A DNA stretch of 64,000 bases from Plasmodiophora brassicae. Taxonomy: Eukaryota. The stretch lies in contig CP145409.1 of NCBI GenBank assembly GCA_036867785.1, positions 186,001-250,000 of the forward strand, written 5' to 3'. The translations under genes and the position numbers were made by a program. Under the pieces are notes generated by a model. That model searched no databases and was not told the DNA's origin. It saw only the letters and a program-made list of their open reading frames with translations. This document shows positions 37,934 through 50,513 of this stretch, piece after piece; position 1 is the stretch's first letter, and each line of letters starts with the position of its first letter.

Positions 37934-40225
37934 ATGACGATGGCCGTCGGCGGCGACGGCGATGGCCAGGAAACCGATCCTGCTCTGCTCGATCTGGTCG
38001 GCAGGCTGAGCGCCTTGGACGACGACAGTGACGCCGATGACGAATTGTTTGACGAGATTGTCGAGTTCACAAAATCGAAAGTATATTACTCGTCAGGCGT
38101 TCTGTTGAGATTCTAATTCGGTACGATAGGCCAGCGACGTCCAGGACTGCTGTCGGCTCGTCCAACAACTTGTTCAAGTGCTCGACGTCAGCGATATTGC
38201 GTTGCCCGATACGTTCCTGGCGACCCTGCTGCCGGCGCTTGCGACTAAGACCGCTGAGGACAACGCCGAGGTCGTGGATGCTACGTTCCAGCTGTTACTG
38301 AAGCAAATAGCAGGTATGGCTTGGTGATTGCAGAGTGCCCGACGACGTTTTACTGCATCTAATGTTGTATGCCAGATTGGAGCAGTGACTTCGTTCTTAT
38401 CGATGCTCTCGTGTCCCATTGCTCAAACCGCTTGCCAGCATCATCGGTGTCTCACCTTACCTGCCTAAATATGATCTCCGCCATGCTGATTCAGTTTCCA
38501 TTTCGCGAGCGGCCCGAAACGACCTGGACAGCTATAAGCGAGCTTGTTGACGAGTCCATGCGTGGCGAAAAGACGCGAATATCGTCGCTGCGTTTGCTGA
38601 CACACTGCTTTGTGCTGCGTCCGTGCGTGTTCTCGCGTCAGGTTCGGTCCCTGGATGCCGAACTGAAACAGGACATGCGCGATATTGTCATGCAAACCGA
38701 ATCGTCAACGGAAGACATGATGTTGCAATCAGTCTTCCGGATGCTGAAGAGGTACCTGGCTATGCCTGTTCCGTCCAGTGCCGAATCCGTCGACGCGGTT
38801 GATGAGTCAGCCTGGGCGCTTGAGGAGTTCCTGGATCTGGATCATCCCCGGTTCACGCCACGTATGTTGAATTTCCTTTGTCAGCCTAGCGTCTGCGAGT
38901 CGTTCATTCACTTCATTACCCGCTGCAAAGTACCGAACCCGCCTGTTGGGAAAACTGAGCTCCATGGCGCTCTTCGCCAGTCGTACAAAGTTATGCGACT
39001 GGTGACAGCGAACGACGCCAATGTTACCGCGTTACTCAAGGTGCAGGGCTCCCGCATCGCTCGACAACTGTTTCAAGAAGGATTCGACCCGGCCCATGCC
39101 AATTTGTACCATGTTGCGGCGCTTCTCGTTCACATGCTGACCGTTAACCCTGTCGCCGTCTGCCATGCGTTCCTGACCCTTCAACCGTCCCCCATCGACG
39201 CCATGATTCGCGTTATCCACGAGCCCGCCGTCGCCCAGCTCGTCGTCATGCTGGCAGGTCAGCCCTCTTTGTTCGAAACATTTCGTGACGATTGCTTGCT
39301 GCCCAAGATGGTCGACCTGGTGATGCGCGATAATAACGACAAGATTGCGTCGTTGGTTGCACATCTTCTCGAAATGTGGTCGATCATGCCCCCAGCTAAG
39401 ATACTTTTCGAGCTGCATGGCGAGGAGGGTGGCATCTTCTCCCGAATTGCGGCGGGCAGTCTGACGGCACGTTCCACGATCGTATTGCTTAACGCGCTCT
39501 GTCGCATGGTGGCACTGTCACGATGTGCAATTGCAATTGCCTTGCAAGAACGTGCTTCCGTTGGTGACAGTACGGAGGACCTGTCAGATTCGCTGGCATC
39601 TTTGAAGCTTGATCAGGAGTCGGGTGCTGGTGGTGAGCCCTCTGACGATGCTGACGACGTCCTCCGGCAGGTCTCGCGATCCTTGCATAGACTGATCCCG
39701 TTGGCATCTGCTGCTGTGGACGACGATAGCCTATGGGGATCGAAGTCATTCTCACCGGAACGGTTAGCATTGCTGGCATTGCTCGTCACGATGGTCGTGC
39801 AATGTACCGAAAGCAATGACAAGGTCGCCCTGAAGGCTTCGCTATGGCCACGACTATGGAAGTGGACCAGCGATCCATTCACAAGCCCATTAGTATTGGT
39901 TCAGTTGCACCGGCTGTGGCGTGCTGCGATAATGAATCCAGTGCTGCGCGAAGTCGCCTTCAACGGCATCGAGCACGATGTTGTTGCCACGGTGGTCTCT
40001 ATGTGCACATCAAAGAAGGCCGCGAGCTCCACAGTGAAGACTGTCATGCTGGATCTGTACGACATCATTCAGTCGGTTTACCTGGACTCGGCCCGAGGTG
40101 ACGGTACCGGCTCCGAAAGCAGTCTGCTGTCTGCGTTTCTGCATGCATCCGACGAAGGCGATGAAGGCCCGTCCTCATCTGACAACGCCGACTTTCCTTC
40201 GAAAGAAGTGTCATCCGTTCGATAA
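37934..40225 (+). CDS. Alpha-helical repeat protein, possibly SAPS/PP6 regulatory subunit-like
   Basis: Long Leu-rich helical frame (618 codons) plus two upstream exons; LEEFLD...PRMLNFLCQ...FIHFITR resembles the SAPS N-terminal block. Confidence 0.5.
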
Positions 40226-40348
40226 ACCAGTTCGCGCTTTGCAATGATGAAACGACGTCTCTTGAGAAGAGCCGCGTCAACTTTCCTCTTCAGTCGAGGC
40301 CAGAAACCGCTCATAGAGTCGTGCAACGAGACGTTGGTCGCGACGCGT

Positions 40349-40361
40349 AAAAAGTCAAAAA
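40349..40361 (-). terminator. RNA polymerase III terminator for the tRNA
   Basis: TTTTTGACTTTTT on the minus strand about 8 nt after the tRNA 3' end. Confidence 0.8.
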
Positions 40362-40369
40362 TAGCCGGT

Positions 40370-40442
40370 AGCTCCTGCCGAGATTCGAACTCGGAATCTC
40401 GTGCTCCGTAGGCACGCGCCTTAACCATTGGGCCACAGGGGC
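40370..40442 (-). tRNA. tRNA-Arg(ACG)
   Basis: GCCCCTGTGGCCCAATGGTTAAGGCG CGTGC-CT-ACG-GA-GCACG AGATT CCGAG-TTCGAAT-CTCGG CAGGAGCT folds as a cloverleaf with A and B boxes. Confidence 0.95.
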
Positions 40443-40540
40443 AGTACAGCTGCACCTGATTCTATTTTTATGAATGAAGACAGATAACGCTGCAGACTGC
40501 GGTCATTTCAGTGTCGCTTGCCGTGCGCGAAGTGTCGGCA

Positions 40541-42069
40541 ATGGCGAACATCGACTGGTCCCGGCGGCTGCCGTCGGACCTGACTATGATGGTATTCGGG
40601 TATTTGGACGAGCGATCTGTGTGCGGCCTGTCGGCGACGTGCCGCGCATGGAGCTCGTTTGCCGGCCAGCCCTCGTTATGGTTTGAGATCTGCAATCGGA
40701 CGCAAGGCAGCGTCGACTCGGATACGTCTCGGCACTGGAAGGATAAGTTTCGCGAGCGCTTGCAGGCGAGGCGATCGTTCCTGCAGAATCGTGGGCTCTT
40801 CTCGCGGACGGCGGTCGGCGTCATTGCCGTGTGTCTGTGCACGGTATTCGCGATCATGTCTGCACGCGATGTCGCTCTTCAGGCGCATCGCCTCTCTGTC
40901 GCCGCCCACTCCGACCCAATCATCGCCCGCGTGATTCACTCCCATGTTGAGGAGCATACGTCAGGATCGGTCCATGACGACAACGAGGACGAGCATGAGT
41001 TTGAGTACGAACCTGTCATTGCGTACTCAGCTGTCTGGAATCAGCGGAACCTGTCATCAAGGTCAGTTCAAAATGGCCACGAATCGTGCTTAACTGAATC
41101 CCCAACAGCACCTTCTGGCCATTGCCATATGGGCACCTGCGTTTAGCGTCATTAGAGGATGCCGAGGATGTGATGCGTTCGTATCCAGTCGGCTCCGACC
41201 TGCACGTATTTGTTGTCGATGGGTACAGTTTCGTGCACATGGTTCCTATGTTCGAACCCATTGGCATGATGGTGGTCGCCTTGGCCATATCGTGTTTGGC
41301 TGCGATTTTCACGGTCCTGTCGCCGCCGATAACTGTCATACGCCCTGATACGACCGACTTGAAAACGTACAGTGACGCCATTGGACGGTACGCGTACCCG
41401 CTCATTGACGACCGGTTCGACGACATCGTGGACCGGCGTCGAAGAGGATTCCTTCTGGTGTTCGCGTCTGTTATATTCCATTGTTTGGCGACGCCTGCTC
41501 TGGTCCATTACGTGGCCTGGGTTGGCGTTGGCGGCGTACTCTTTGAGATGTGGGTTTTGGCATTTGTCTCCGAAGCGATCGCGATGTATGCGTTATGGAA
41601 CGCGCGCCTTTACCTGGTTCGTCGCTTTCAGGCGTTCCTGTTCAGCGATCGACGGCCCTACCTGGTGCCGGAAGCACCTAACGTCGTCCATGTCGTGCTG
41701 AAAACGCAGATGCACATCTTCGTGGAATCCGTTTCCATCGTCGCGTCACTGACCCGAGTGGACCGCGAGGTCGTACGCGCGCCTGGCGAACCCGATCGCA
41801 CCCGCCTCAATCACACCCTCCTGCACGTGCAAGACACACCCGTCGATCATGCACGAGCAGCCGAATTAGTTCCCGGAGAGCACCTCGTCGGCCAGAGCAC
41901 CCTCGTCATCGACAGACGACATGAGCAATCCACGCGCAGCGATCACGCCGGGTATCCCCGTTTCGTCTGGAAGCTCGCGGTTGTGACGAAAGCGCGCGAC
42001 CTGCCATCGTTCACCGACGACGTCATTGTCGTCGTGTCCGATCCACCAACAAGCGTGACGTTGCAGTAA
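40541..42069 (+). CDS. F-box protein with several transmembrane helices and a DUF3592-like segment
   Basis: WSRRLPSDLTMMVFGYLDERSVCGLSATCRAW...LW (F-box); TM VGVIAVCLCTVFAIM; ARVIHSHV...YEPVIAYS...YPVGSDLHVFV; three further hydrophobic helices. Confidence 0.7.
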
Positions 42070-42161
42070 ACGAATAGCATTGGCAGTGCCTGGACGATGG
42101 GCCACATCTGCCTGAAATAGGTAAGCGGCCGGGCATTGCGGTATTATCGCGGCATTGCCTG

Positions 42162-44734
42162 ATGGAGGCGGCTGGTGATGACGACGACCATATCGCGTTC
42201 GACATGGGGCTGACGGCCGAGGAGCTGGCCGAATGCGGCCTGACGCTGGACGACCTGCGGGACCACGACGATGACGACGAGAAGACGACGAAGCGGCGGA
42301 GGGACCCGGGGCGGGCGCCGGCCGACGCGGACGTGTCCGATAACAATGAGGACGGCCTGATGCAGGAGCTGCGCGATCTGGGCTATTCGGGGTCCGATAT
42401 CGATGAAGCCGACGCCGACGCCCATGATGATGATCACATCTCCGACGTGCAACTCGATCATGATGACGGTGAGCCAGCAGACGTGGACGTGGCAGAAGTG
42501 GAAGCAGAGGCGGCCGCGGAAGTGGAAGCAGAGGCGGCCGCCGAAGTGGAAGCAGAGGCGGCCGCCGAAGTGGAAGCCGACGCCGTCGCCGACGAAGTAC
42601 CTGCTGGGGACGAGGAGCCACAGCCGACGGTGAATCCGACTCTGGAGGAGCGGAAAGTGTCGATCCAGAAGGAGATCGGCGACCTGAAGACGAAGGCGGT
42701 GATGCTGAATCGGCAGAACAAGAAGGCGGACGCGCTTACGTTGATGGCTCGCATCAAGCGCCTGCAGGCAACGTACGACACGCTGAGCGGTCCAGCAAGC
42801 ACGCCGAATGTTTCCGCGCCACCCGCCGGCGACACAGACTCGCGACAGGAGCTCGCCCAGGCAGTCAACTCGCGGCTGACCGAGTATACGACAGAGGCGC
42901 TGAAGCTGAAACGTGCCGGAAACGTTGATGCGGCCAGAAAGCTCATGCCTGCTGTCAATGCCTTGCGGCAATTCAAACAGCAGATTGATTCGGGACAGAC
43001 GGTGTCGGTGAAAGTTGCCGAGTTGCCCCCTTCATTAGCGGGGTCAACGGGCCCGTCAGCGCCTGCGGAATCGAAGGAGAAAGCCTCGTCTGGCACAGAT
43101 GCTGCCAGTGAGAGGGCGGCTGCGTTCGAGGCGCTTGCCGACCAGTTGAAGACGCAGGTGGCACGAACGTACAATGAGGCGAAGGAGGCCCTGAAACTGG
43201 ACCGTAAAGACGAAGCAAGGGCTATCATGGCCGTCAAGACCCGGACGGAGAGAGATCTTCAATCGCTGTACTGACGACTGCCCATGTGATATGTCATAGC
43301 AACTGACCATTTGTGTAGTGCAACGCTGCGCGCATCGGGAGCGCCGCCGCCTACGCTGGCGACCGTCCCCAGACAGCTCAGTTACCTGCGCTCGTTCAAC
43401 CACATTGGATCGAACCAGCTGGAACTGGAAATTCGCAAAGCGGAAGGCCTGTCTCCACCGTCGGGATGGAACATGTGCACGTCCTTTGTTTCGTACGAGT
43501 TTTCGTATCCCAAAGATGTCATTCAACGAGGGGTAACGCCGACCGTCGCTGATAGTGACGACCCAAGTGAGATCCCTTTTCATGGTCGTGTCCCATTGAA
43601 CTGACAGGTTGTAGTGTACAACTTCAAGAAGCTCCTATCCTTCCCTAGACCGAAGCGCGCTGGCAGGATGTCAGATGCCACTGTCATGGTCGTTGCAACT
43701 TGATACTGACTCGCTGTGGGGTAGGTTCAACTTCGTCAAGATAACGTTTTCCGTTCAAGTCCCGCGACGCCTGCAAATCCTGTTCAAGCCAATTCAGCTT
43801 GGCTATGCTGAGGTCAAGCTGGGTGACCTTTTGAACAAATCCGAGATTGTGGCGACTCTACCTGTATTCTGGGCAGGTCTAAGTTCTGTAATGCTTCCTA
43901 ACGTTTTCTTTTCTTTCAGCTGAAAGGTGGCGGTCGTGGCAAGCTGTTCGTCGCATTACGGTTGCGTGTGCCTCTTGAAGGCCAAGATTTGGCGACGAAG
44001 CTTGTTGAAGACGTATTTATTCGAGGTTAGCCACGGTGCCTGTTTGCTCCAAATGTTCGTGATCTCACCTCCGCGATCCAGGCAGCGCTCCTAGCTCGCT
44101 GTCGTCGCCGACCTCAGAGTCTAGAATACCGTTTGTTTTCCCAGACGACAGTTCCCGACGTGCTACCTGACTGTGGCGTCGTATCAGGCAACCTGTGGCT
44201 GTCGAACGGGCCAAGGCGCAAGCTCAACCTCGCCCTGCCGCTCAAATTCCCCGTCAAACGCCATCGCCTGCTAGTAAGCCGGCGCCGCCTGATACTGTCG
44301 GCAGTTGCCCTTCAGGCATTGATGAAAATGATTGGAAGGTCGACGCGCATTCGCTGTGGGTAGTAGGAGCTGACGTGGTTCACTAGGACCCGCATCGAAT
44401 CGCGTCTATTTGTTCAAATGACGTCCTCGAGTGGATTCTAGAACGCACTACGACCGAAATAGGTACTCGTCGTGCGAAGAAGCAGGAAGTGCCACCGGCT
44501 CTGCTGGAGCGGTACCAGGCTGTTTCCCTGCAAAAGGAGAAGCTCGAGCAGAGCGTCGAAGATGGCTCCCTGACCCTGCCGGCCTACCTTGAACGTTTGA
44601 AGGTCGACATTGCCCGCCTATCTGCCCTGCAAACAGCTCTTCGTAATGCAGGTCGCACGAAAGACGCCGATTTCGTTCAGGCTCGACTGAACATCGAGCA
44701 GAAGGAATTCGATACTGCCAATTCGAATGTATAG
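42162..44734 (+). CDS. CC2D1/Lgd-like protein (DM14-like helical repeats + C2 domain)
   Basis: Repeats KTKAVMLNRQNKKADAL, EALKLKRAGNVDAARKLM, EALKLDRKDEARAIM; C2 LELEIRKAEGL...LGYAEVKLGDLLNKSEI...LRLRVPL; SNDVLEW. Confidence 0.8.
42492..42587 (+). repeat. Coding minisatellite, 24-bp unit x4 (AEVEAEAA)
   Basis: gcngaagtggaagcagaggcggcc three times nearly perfectly plus one degenerate copy. Confidence 0.95.
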
Positions 44735-44820
44735 TAACGGTTACGTACACAGTTTCAGTGCCGCGATCACGATTGGAAACTCTGAAACGGAGACTGTATT
44801 CGTCCTGAATTCCGACAGGG

Positions 44821-45388
44821 TCAGACGTGAACAGCGAACACTGTGACGACGCAATGCATCGTTTGGTTCTCCCATTTCACCGAACACGACCCTGACGGAG
44901 TCGATCTGTTAGCATCGACGTCGCTAAGTTGATTCACTCATACATACCATCGGTGTTCAGATCCCAGAAGCAAGCGCTTGAAGTGTGCATGCCAGCACCA
45001 TTCCGCTGCATAATCGTGGAAGTCACTGGTAACGGACGTTCGATCGACGCTGTTCAATTTCATTCGCGCATCCGACGCGTACCAATGTACTTGAAGTTCT
45101 TGTCGAGCTGACGCAGGTTCTTCAGGACGCTCTCGATAATGGCCGCCGTCCAGTCGTGGACGCGCTTAGCGTGGTATACGCTCTGACCAAGGACCGGTTC
45201 CACCGACTTATCCACACATAGGTAAATGGCGCCCGACGTCCACACTGGCTTCGGTCGACCTAACCTGTTCGATGCACGCCTTCACTTCATCATGGTCGAA
45301 ACCGCCCTATCCGCGACATTCGTCAATCATTCATTTAAACGGGAAACGTGCAGGCACGTACGGTATCGTCATCGCCGAAGTCGCTCAT
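44821..45388 (-). CDS. DYNLT1: Dynein light chain Tctex-type, 5 exons
   Basis: [54 protein letters not shown]...[26 protein letters not shown]...[19 protein letters not shown]. Confidence 0.93.
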
Positions 45389-45640
45389 CGTTTATCGTTC
45401 ACCTTCAGTAACACGGTCACAGATCAGGCGCCACGCTCCGGTAGGAGGCTGCTCCCCAGGTCGAATTGCTGCCCTCACATGGCAAGCGCCGCCTCCTTCA
45501 AACGCCCAGCCTGAATCTGTAAACGAACCGAAACTGTTTCACTAGGATGGAATGCGAATTCATGACGCGACGAATAGTAGGACGTTTCGTCGTTCGGGAC
45601 TGCCTACTGCCTAATTTGGTGGTCGGAGTGCGGCAGAGCA

Positions 45641-47598
45641 ATGTCCTGGGCCATCGCCGTCGTCTGCGGTATCGTCCGCGTTGCCGGGGCCTTGTTTGTT
45701 AAGACGTACTTCAACCCGGACGAGTACTGGCAAGGGCCCGAGGTGGCACACCGCGTCGTCTTCGGGTACGTGACATTTGCGACCCGCTGTGGCACGGTAC
45801 ATCTTGACGGAAACGTTCAGGTATGGGTACCTGACCTGGGAATGGCAACCGTTCGCTCGCATTCGCGGGTTTGCACATCCTGCCATCTTCGCGATCTTCT
45901 TTAAAATCCTGCAACTTCTCAGTCTGGACACGCCAGCAATTATTGTTAGTCGTTTCGTTTCGGTTTTGATCATGGATCCGATTCAATCGTCTGGGGTGCC
46001 CTCTGCAGCGAGTAACGCCGCGTCTGGTCCAAGCCGCTATTGCAACCATCGGTGACGTGTTCCTGTACAAGCTCGCGAACCGCTGGTTTGGATCTCGGGT
46101 CGCCACCCTCTCGGTATGCCGGCACAATACTACGAGGGAAACCTGAACGCGCCTCTGATTGTTCGTCATGCGGACAGTTGTTCTGCCAGCTGGTGAACTG
46201 GTTTTATTTCTACTGCATCGTTCGCACGTTCTCCAACAGCGTCGAGACTATCCTGACCCTTATCGCCCTGTTCTATTGGCCATACTTGCCCGACGATGGG
46301 CGAGGAAAGCGTGCCACTGCGTTGGCATACGCGGCGCTATCCATTATTATGCGACCTACCAGTGTAGGCAGCGTTTGATGCAGTGTCAAGTCTTTATCTG
46401 ACTATTGTAGGGTCCGTTCTGGGCGTTGCTCGGCTTGCACCTACTGCTGAGATCTCGCGACCGTTCTCGGTTGGTGTTCATGGAAGTCGTTCCGGTTGGC
46501 ATCGCGGCGCTTGCTGCGTCGTTTGCCATTGACAGGATCTTCTACGGCTCCTGGACTTTCGTCATGGCGAATTTCGCCAGGTACGTTCTCCGGGCGTTAT
46601 TTTATTCATCCAGTCAAACGGAGTTGCATGTCAGATTCAATTTCGGCGGTGGGGCGTGCCCAGGCGCCGCTATGTACGGTACGTCAGCGTTTCCGTCGTC
46701 GACCTGTGCCTTTCAATTGCCAGCCATAGCTTATGTGTCCAGGATCGCATCCGTGGCACTGGTATGTCAGTGAAGGATTGCCGGCGATGATCGGCTCGAT
46801 GATCCCGCTGGTCCTACTCGGCGTTTTCATGTCGCGACGATTTGCTCCTGCTTTGCTTTTCCTATCCATTCCGGCCATAATGAGTGTCAGCCCCCACAAG
46901 GAGTTCCGGTTCGTGCTTCCTGGTATGCCTATCGCGTTCATCTACGCGGGATACGGTATTCCAGGCGAATGTTTCAGGAATGCCTGGGGCTGACGCTTTA
47001 CGTCACAGGTTTGGCGATCCTTCAAGCATCGTATATGTCGCGAAAGCGATGGGGGTGGTTATATCCTTTTTCTATCGCTGTTGTGCTTGTGTCCAACGCT
47101 GGGGCTGTCGCCTATTTCGGAAGATGGCATCAGCGTGCGCCGGTCCAGCTGATGGATTATTTGGGTGATGCGCTAGATAAGCGTCCTGGTGACGTTCAGA
47201 GCATCGACTTTTTGACAGAATGTCATGCCACGCCATACTATAGCCACCTGCACGTTCCTGTTCCCATGCGCATTCTGGAATGTGCGCCCGAATTCAATGG
47301 GCCGCGCTGTGTTGGAGATCGGAGCAAGAGTGACAGCCAGGTTTGGGAACATCGACGGGTTCACCCTTACAGTTTTAATCTCACGACTACACAGAGCTTC
47401 CTTCGGGATCCTGAGGCTTTCGTCCTTCGCTATTACGCGAACATCACTGATCTTCCGTCTCATATCGTCCTGTTCGACGTCTATCGGAATCAGCTTCAGG
47501 GGTTTCTGGACACGCATTCTTATCGTTTGGAAGCATCATTCTTCCATTCGCATTTCGAACAAGAAACAGCATTGCTTCTGTACCGGAGGCAACCATGA
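45641..47598 (+). CDS. PIGB: GPI mannosyltransferase 3 (PIG-B/GPI10), multi-exon
   Basis: PDEYWQGPEVAH...GYLTWEW, RTFSNSVET, IMRPTS, HPWHWY, PHKEFRFVLP, CHATPYYSHLH. Confidence 0.95.
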
Positions 47599-47892
47599 TA
47601 AACAGGGTCGACCGTTCCTGGTCACAGTCCGCGCGCCCCCATGTCTTACAGTTGGCATGCGGTCTGTGCTACCGAAGGCACTGTTTCATGGAACCTACCC
47701 ACAGAATGCCAAAGGGCTCCCATGTGGCAGGGCTCCGAGCCCAAGGAGTGCGTGCTACCCTTCTTTGGGCGCCCCCCAGTCATGCGGTGGACGTAGTGGC
47801 TCATCATTTGGGAAATTGTACGCGTTGGACTTGCAGCCTGTTCGTCAACGCGTGTCGTGACGATCGACGAGTGACGTCCGGGGACGCTCATC

Positions 47893-50405
47893 ATGTACTT
47901 CAGCTCGGAGCTGTTCGTGAAGCGCGGGCCGCTTGGCAACCTGTGGCTGGTACGATTTGTGTGCGGATCGCTGATCGAACGTGCTGACAGCGTGCAGGCC
48001 GGCACCGTGTTCCACAAACTGTCGAAGAAGGCAATACTGAACTCGAACATCGTGTCGATGTGCAAGAGTATCCAGAACCCACCCGTGCCGCTGGCGCTGC
48101 CAGCGCGTGCGCTCCTCTTCATGGGCGTTTGCCGCATCATGGATAAGAAGGCACACTACCTGCTCGTCGATGCTGTTGATGTATGAGTATTCTTGGATCC
48201 CAGACAACCGATGGGATGGAACCGTACTGATTGCGTACCCGACAGGCCCGGTCCAAGGTTCAGCTCGCACGTACAACCAGCCACGTCAATTTGTCGTGCA
48301 GCAGAGGGCAGGCAAGGTGATGGCATTACTACATCAGGATTGCTCGACGGGGCTTAACAAGCGTCACCGTTTCAGGGTTGATTCGATCAACATTGCGGGA
48401 GACGTTGATGACGTTCCTCTGCCTCCGATTCCGTTCGATATTTTCGACAAGGCGAACGCCGATTGCGACTTTGGTGAGGTCGCGTTGTTCGTCGAAACCC
48501 CGGACGTCAACGATGTCTCTCTTTGTAATCACGGGAAGTTTATTGGTAGGACGCCGCATGCCATCCCGTTTACTTGAGCTGACTTGAACCCGAACAGCGA
48601 ATGAAGCTGAAATTACGCTAGATGACGCTCCGAACCCGATGGACTTCGTCGTCCCACTTGACCAAGCACTGCTCGACCCGCTCATGTTTGTATCGTTGCG
48701 TAATTGGTAGTTGACGTCGCGATGACCAATGACGTTCAGCGGAGACGACGATTTCATTGCAATGCCTGATGGAACGGAGCGCAGCAGTTTCGGTGGATCT
48801 GACACAGTTGGGGGCGATTTCATGCTGCCTCCGATCGACATCGGTATCTGTGCGGACCTGAACGAAGAAATGGCCTCAAATGCATCGGTAATTACGCTTG
48901 GCGTCGGCAGCCCCGTTCGCTACTGACAGCAAGTTGTACAGGCGCGAACAAGGTACACAGGGAGCAGTACTGCTGGGACTGTGCTGTCGAGCAAGAAACG
49001 CAAACGTACACAGGTTAAGCACGATAAAGAAACCGTGATCCCTGTACAAGAATTAGACCGAGAAGTAAATGGGAGCACAGCAGCGCTGCTATGCAAGCGA
49101 ACGTCCATCCAAGTGAAACGTGCCACACAGCATCCAGGTCTGCCCAACACCTTATCCTCCAGTTTACACTGACGATGCGCTTCAGAAACGATTTTTGTTT
49201 CTACTCTTTCCCGGCAGCTGTGTCCTGTGCTGGCCGCGCAAACACAGGTTGACTTCAACATTACATCCTACGACAAGCGGCGCGGTCGCGAATTCATCGA
49301 GGACGCAGGTGAGTCAAGCGAAAGCACCCCCGGATGGCGTAGCTGATCCCACAGTCCCCAGATCTGGACCGCTATGAATCCAACAGCATGGGCAACAATT
49401 ACGACGCCAACTGGCAGGGCGGTGCGACCACGGCGTCGGTAAGCGATTCGCCATTGCATCACGTTGGCCAGTCGTGTTAAATGTGGCTGTGCAGTTTGAT
49501 GGTGGAGATCGCCGTTCAACCGGCACTCGTGACGAGCCAATTGAACAGATGCGGAGTGCTATGCTGGATCCTCTTGCCGAAGACGATGAAGAGCCAGCGA
49601 CGTTTCTGGGTAAACCTATCCAGCCACCAACGGACTCGCACACGGTTCACTCGGGCGCGTCGCGGCGCAAGACTGATGACCGCATGTCGATTCTATCGGT
49701 GGGTTCTCTTGGCAGCGGCGCATCCCAGTAAGCAACAGGGCCACAAACCTGTGACCATGTCATTGAACTTCTGCCAGTCGCTTGAGCTCCGTTCGGGGTA
49801 GTACCAGCCGCCCAGTGAGACCTGCCGGTGGTGATGATGATTTCCCTACTCCAGACTTTGACCTTTCACTGAGCCAATTCTGTGCGATGTCTGATTTCGC
49901 GTGTGAACGTGGACGACTGAACGGCCGGTTGCAGATATCCCCGAAGTTGAAGAGCGAGGTGGGATAGCCCAGGGGAGCCAGTTCAATCGCCGCGAGGGTG
50001 TGGATCGTGAAACAGAAATTCTACATGCGTATGGGCGCCATGGTTTTAATGTTCGTCTGGCATATATTTAATCCCTTCACAGTATCCTCGAGGAAAACTT
50101 TGTTGCGTCTTCGGGCGGCGAAATCGACCGTGTGCAACCTGTGGATTTCAGTGACGCCATCCAGCGCGCAGTCGGCAGCGACATTCAGGTCAGCCGCAAA
50201 GACGCCTCAATGTCGTTTGTCCAAATGCTAGGTAAGCACGCAACCGGGAGACACAATTGTGCACTGATATCTCGTTTGTCAACCTCGTCCTACAGTCCTG
50301 AAAGCCATGGACATGATCAACATTGCCCAGCTCGCGCCATACGGCCCAATTACCATCACCCCAACTTCAAAGTTCGCGCTTTCGTTCTCCAGTTCACAGT
50401 TGTGA
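47893..50405 (+). CDS. Rad21/Rec8-family cohesin kleisin, many introns
   Basis: MYFSSELFVKRGPLGNLWLA...KLSKKAIL...PLALPARALLFMGVCRIMDKKAHYLLVD; C-terminal winged helix SRKDASMSFVQML|VLKAMDMINIAQLAPYGPITI. Confidence 0.9.
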
Positions 50406-50513
50406 TTCCCGTCTACGACGTCACGTTTGCTCACTGCAATTTATAAAATGGTTGTAGGTTGTCCCCGTTCAGGTATAGCGGTGCATTACGATTTTAAGGG
50501 ACTAGGGGCATCG

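Noticed and set aside
42492-42587. CRISPR-like array
   Set aside because: Contiguous in-frame coding repeats with no spacers in a eukaryotic gene
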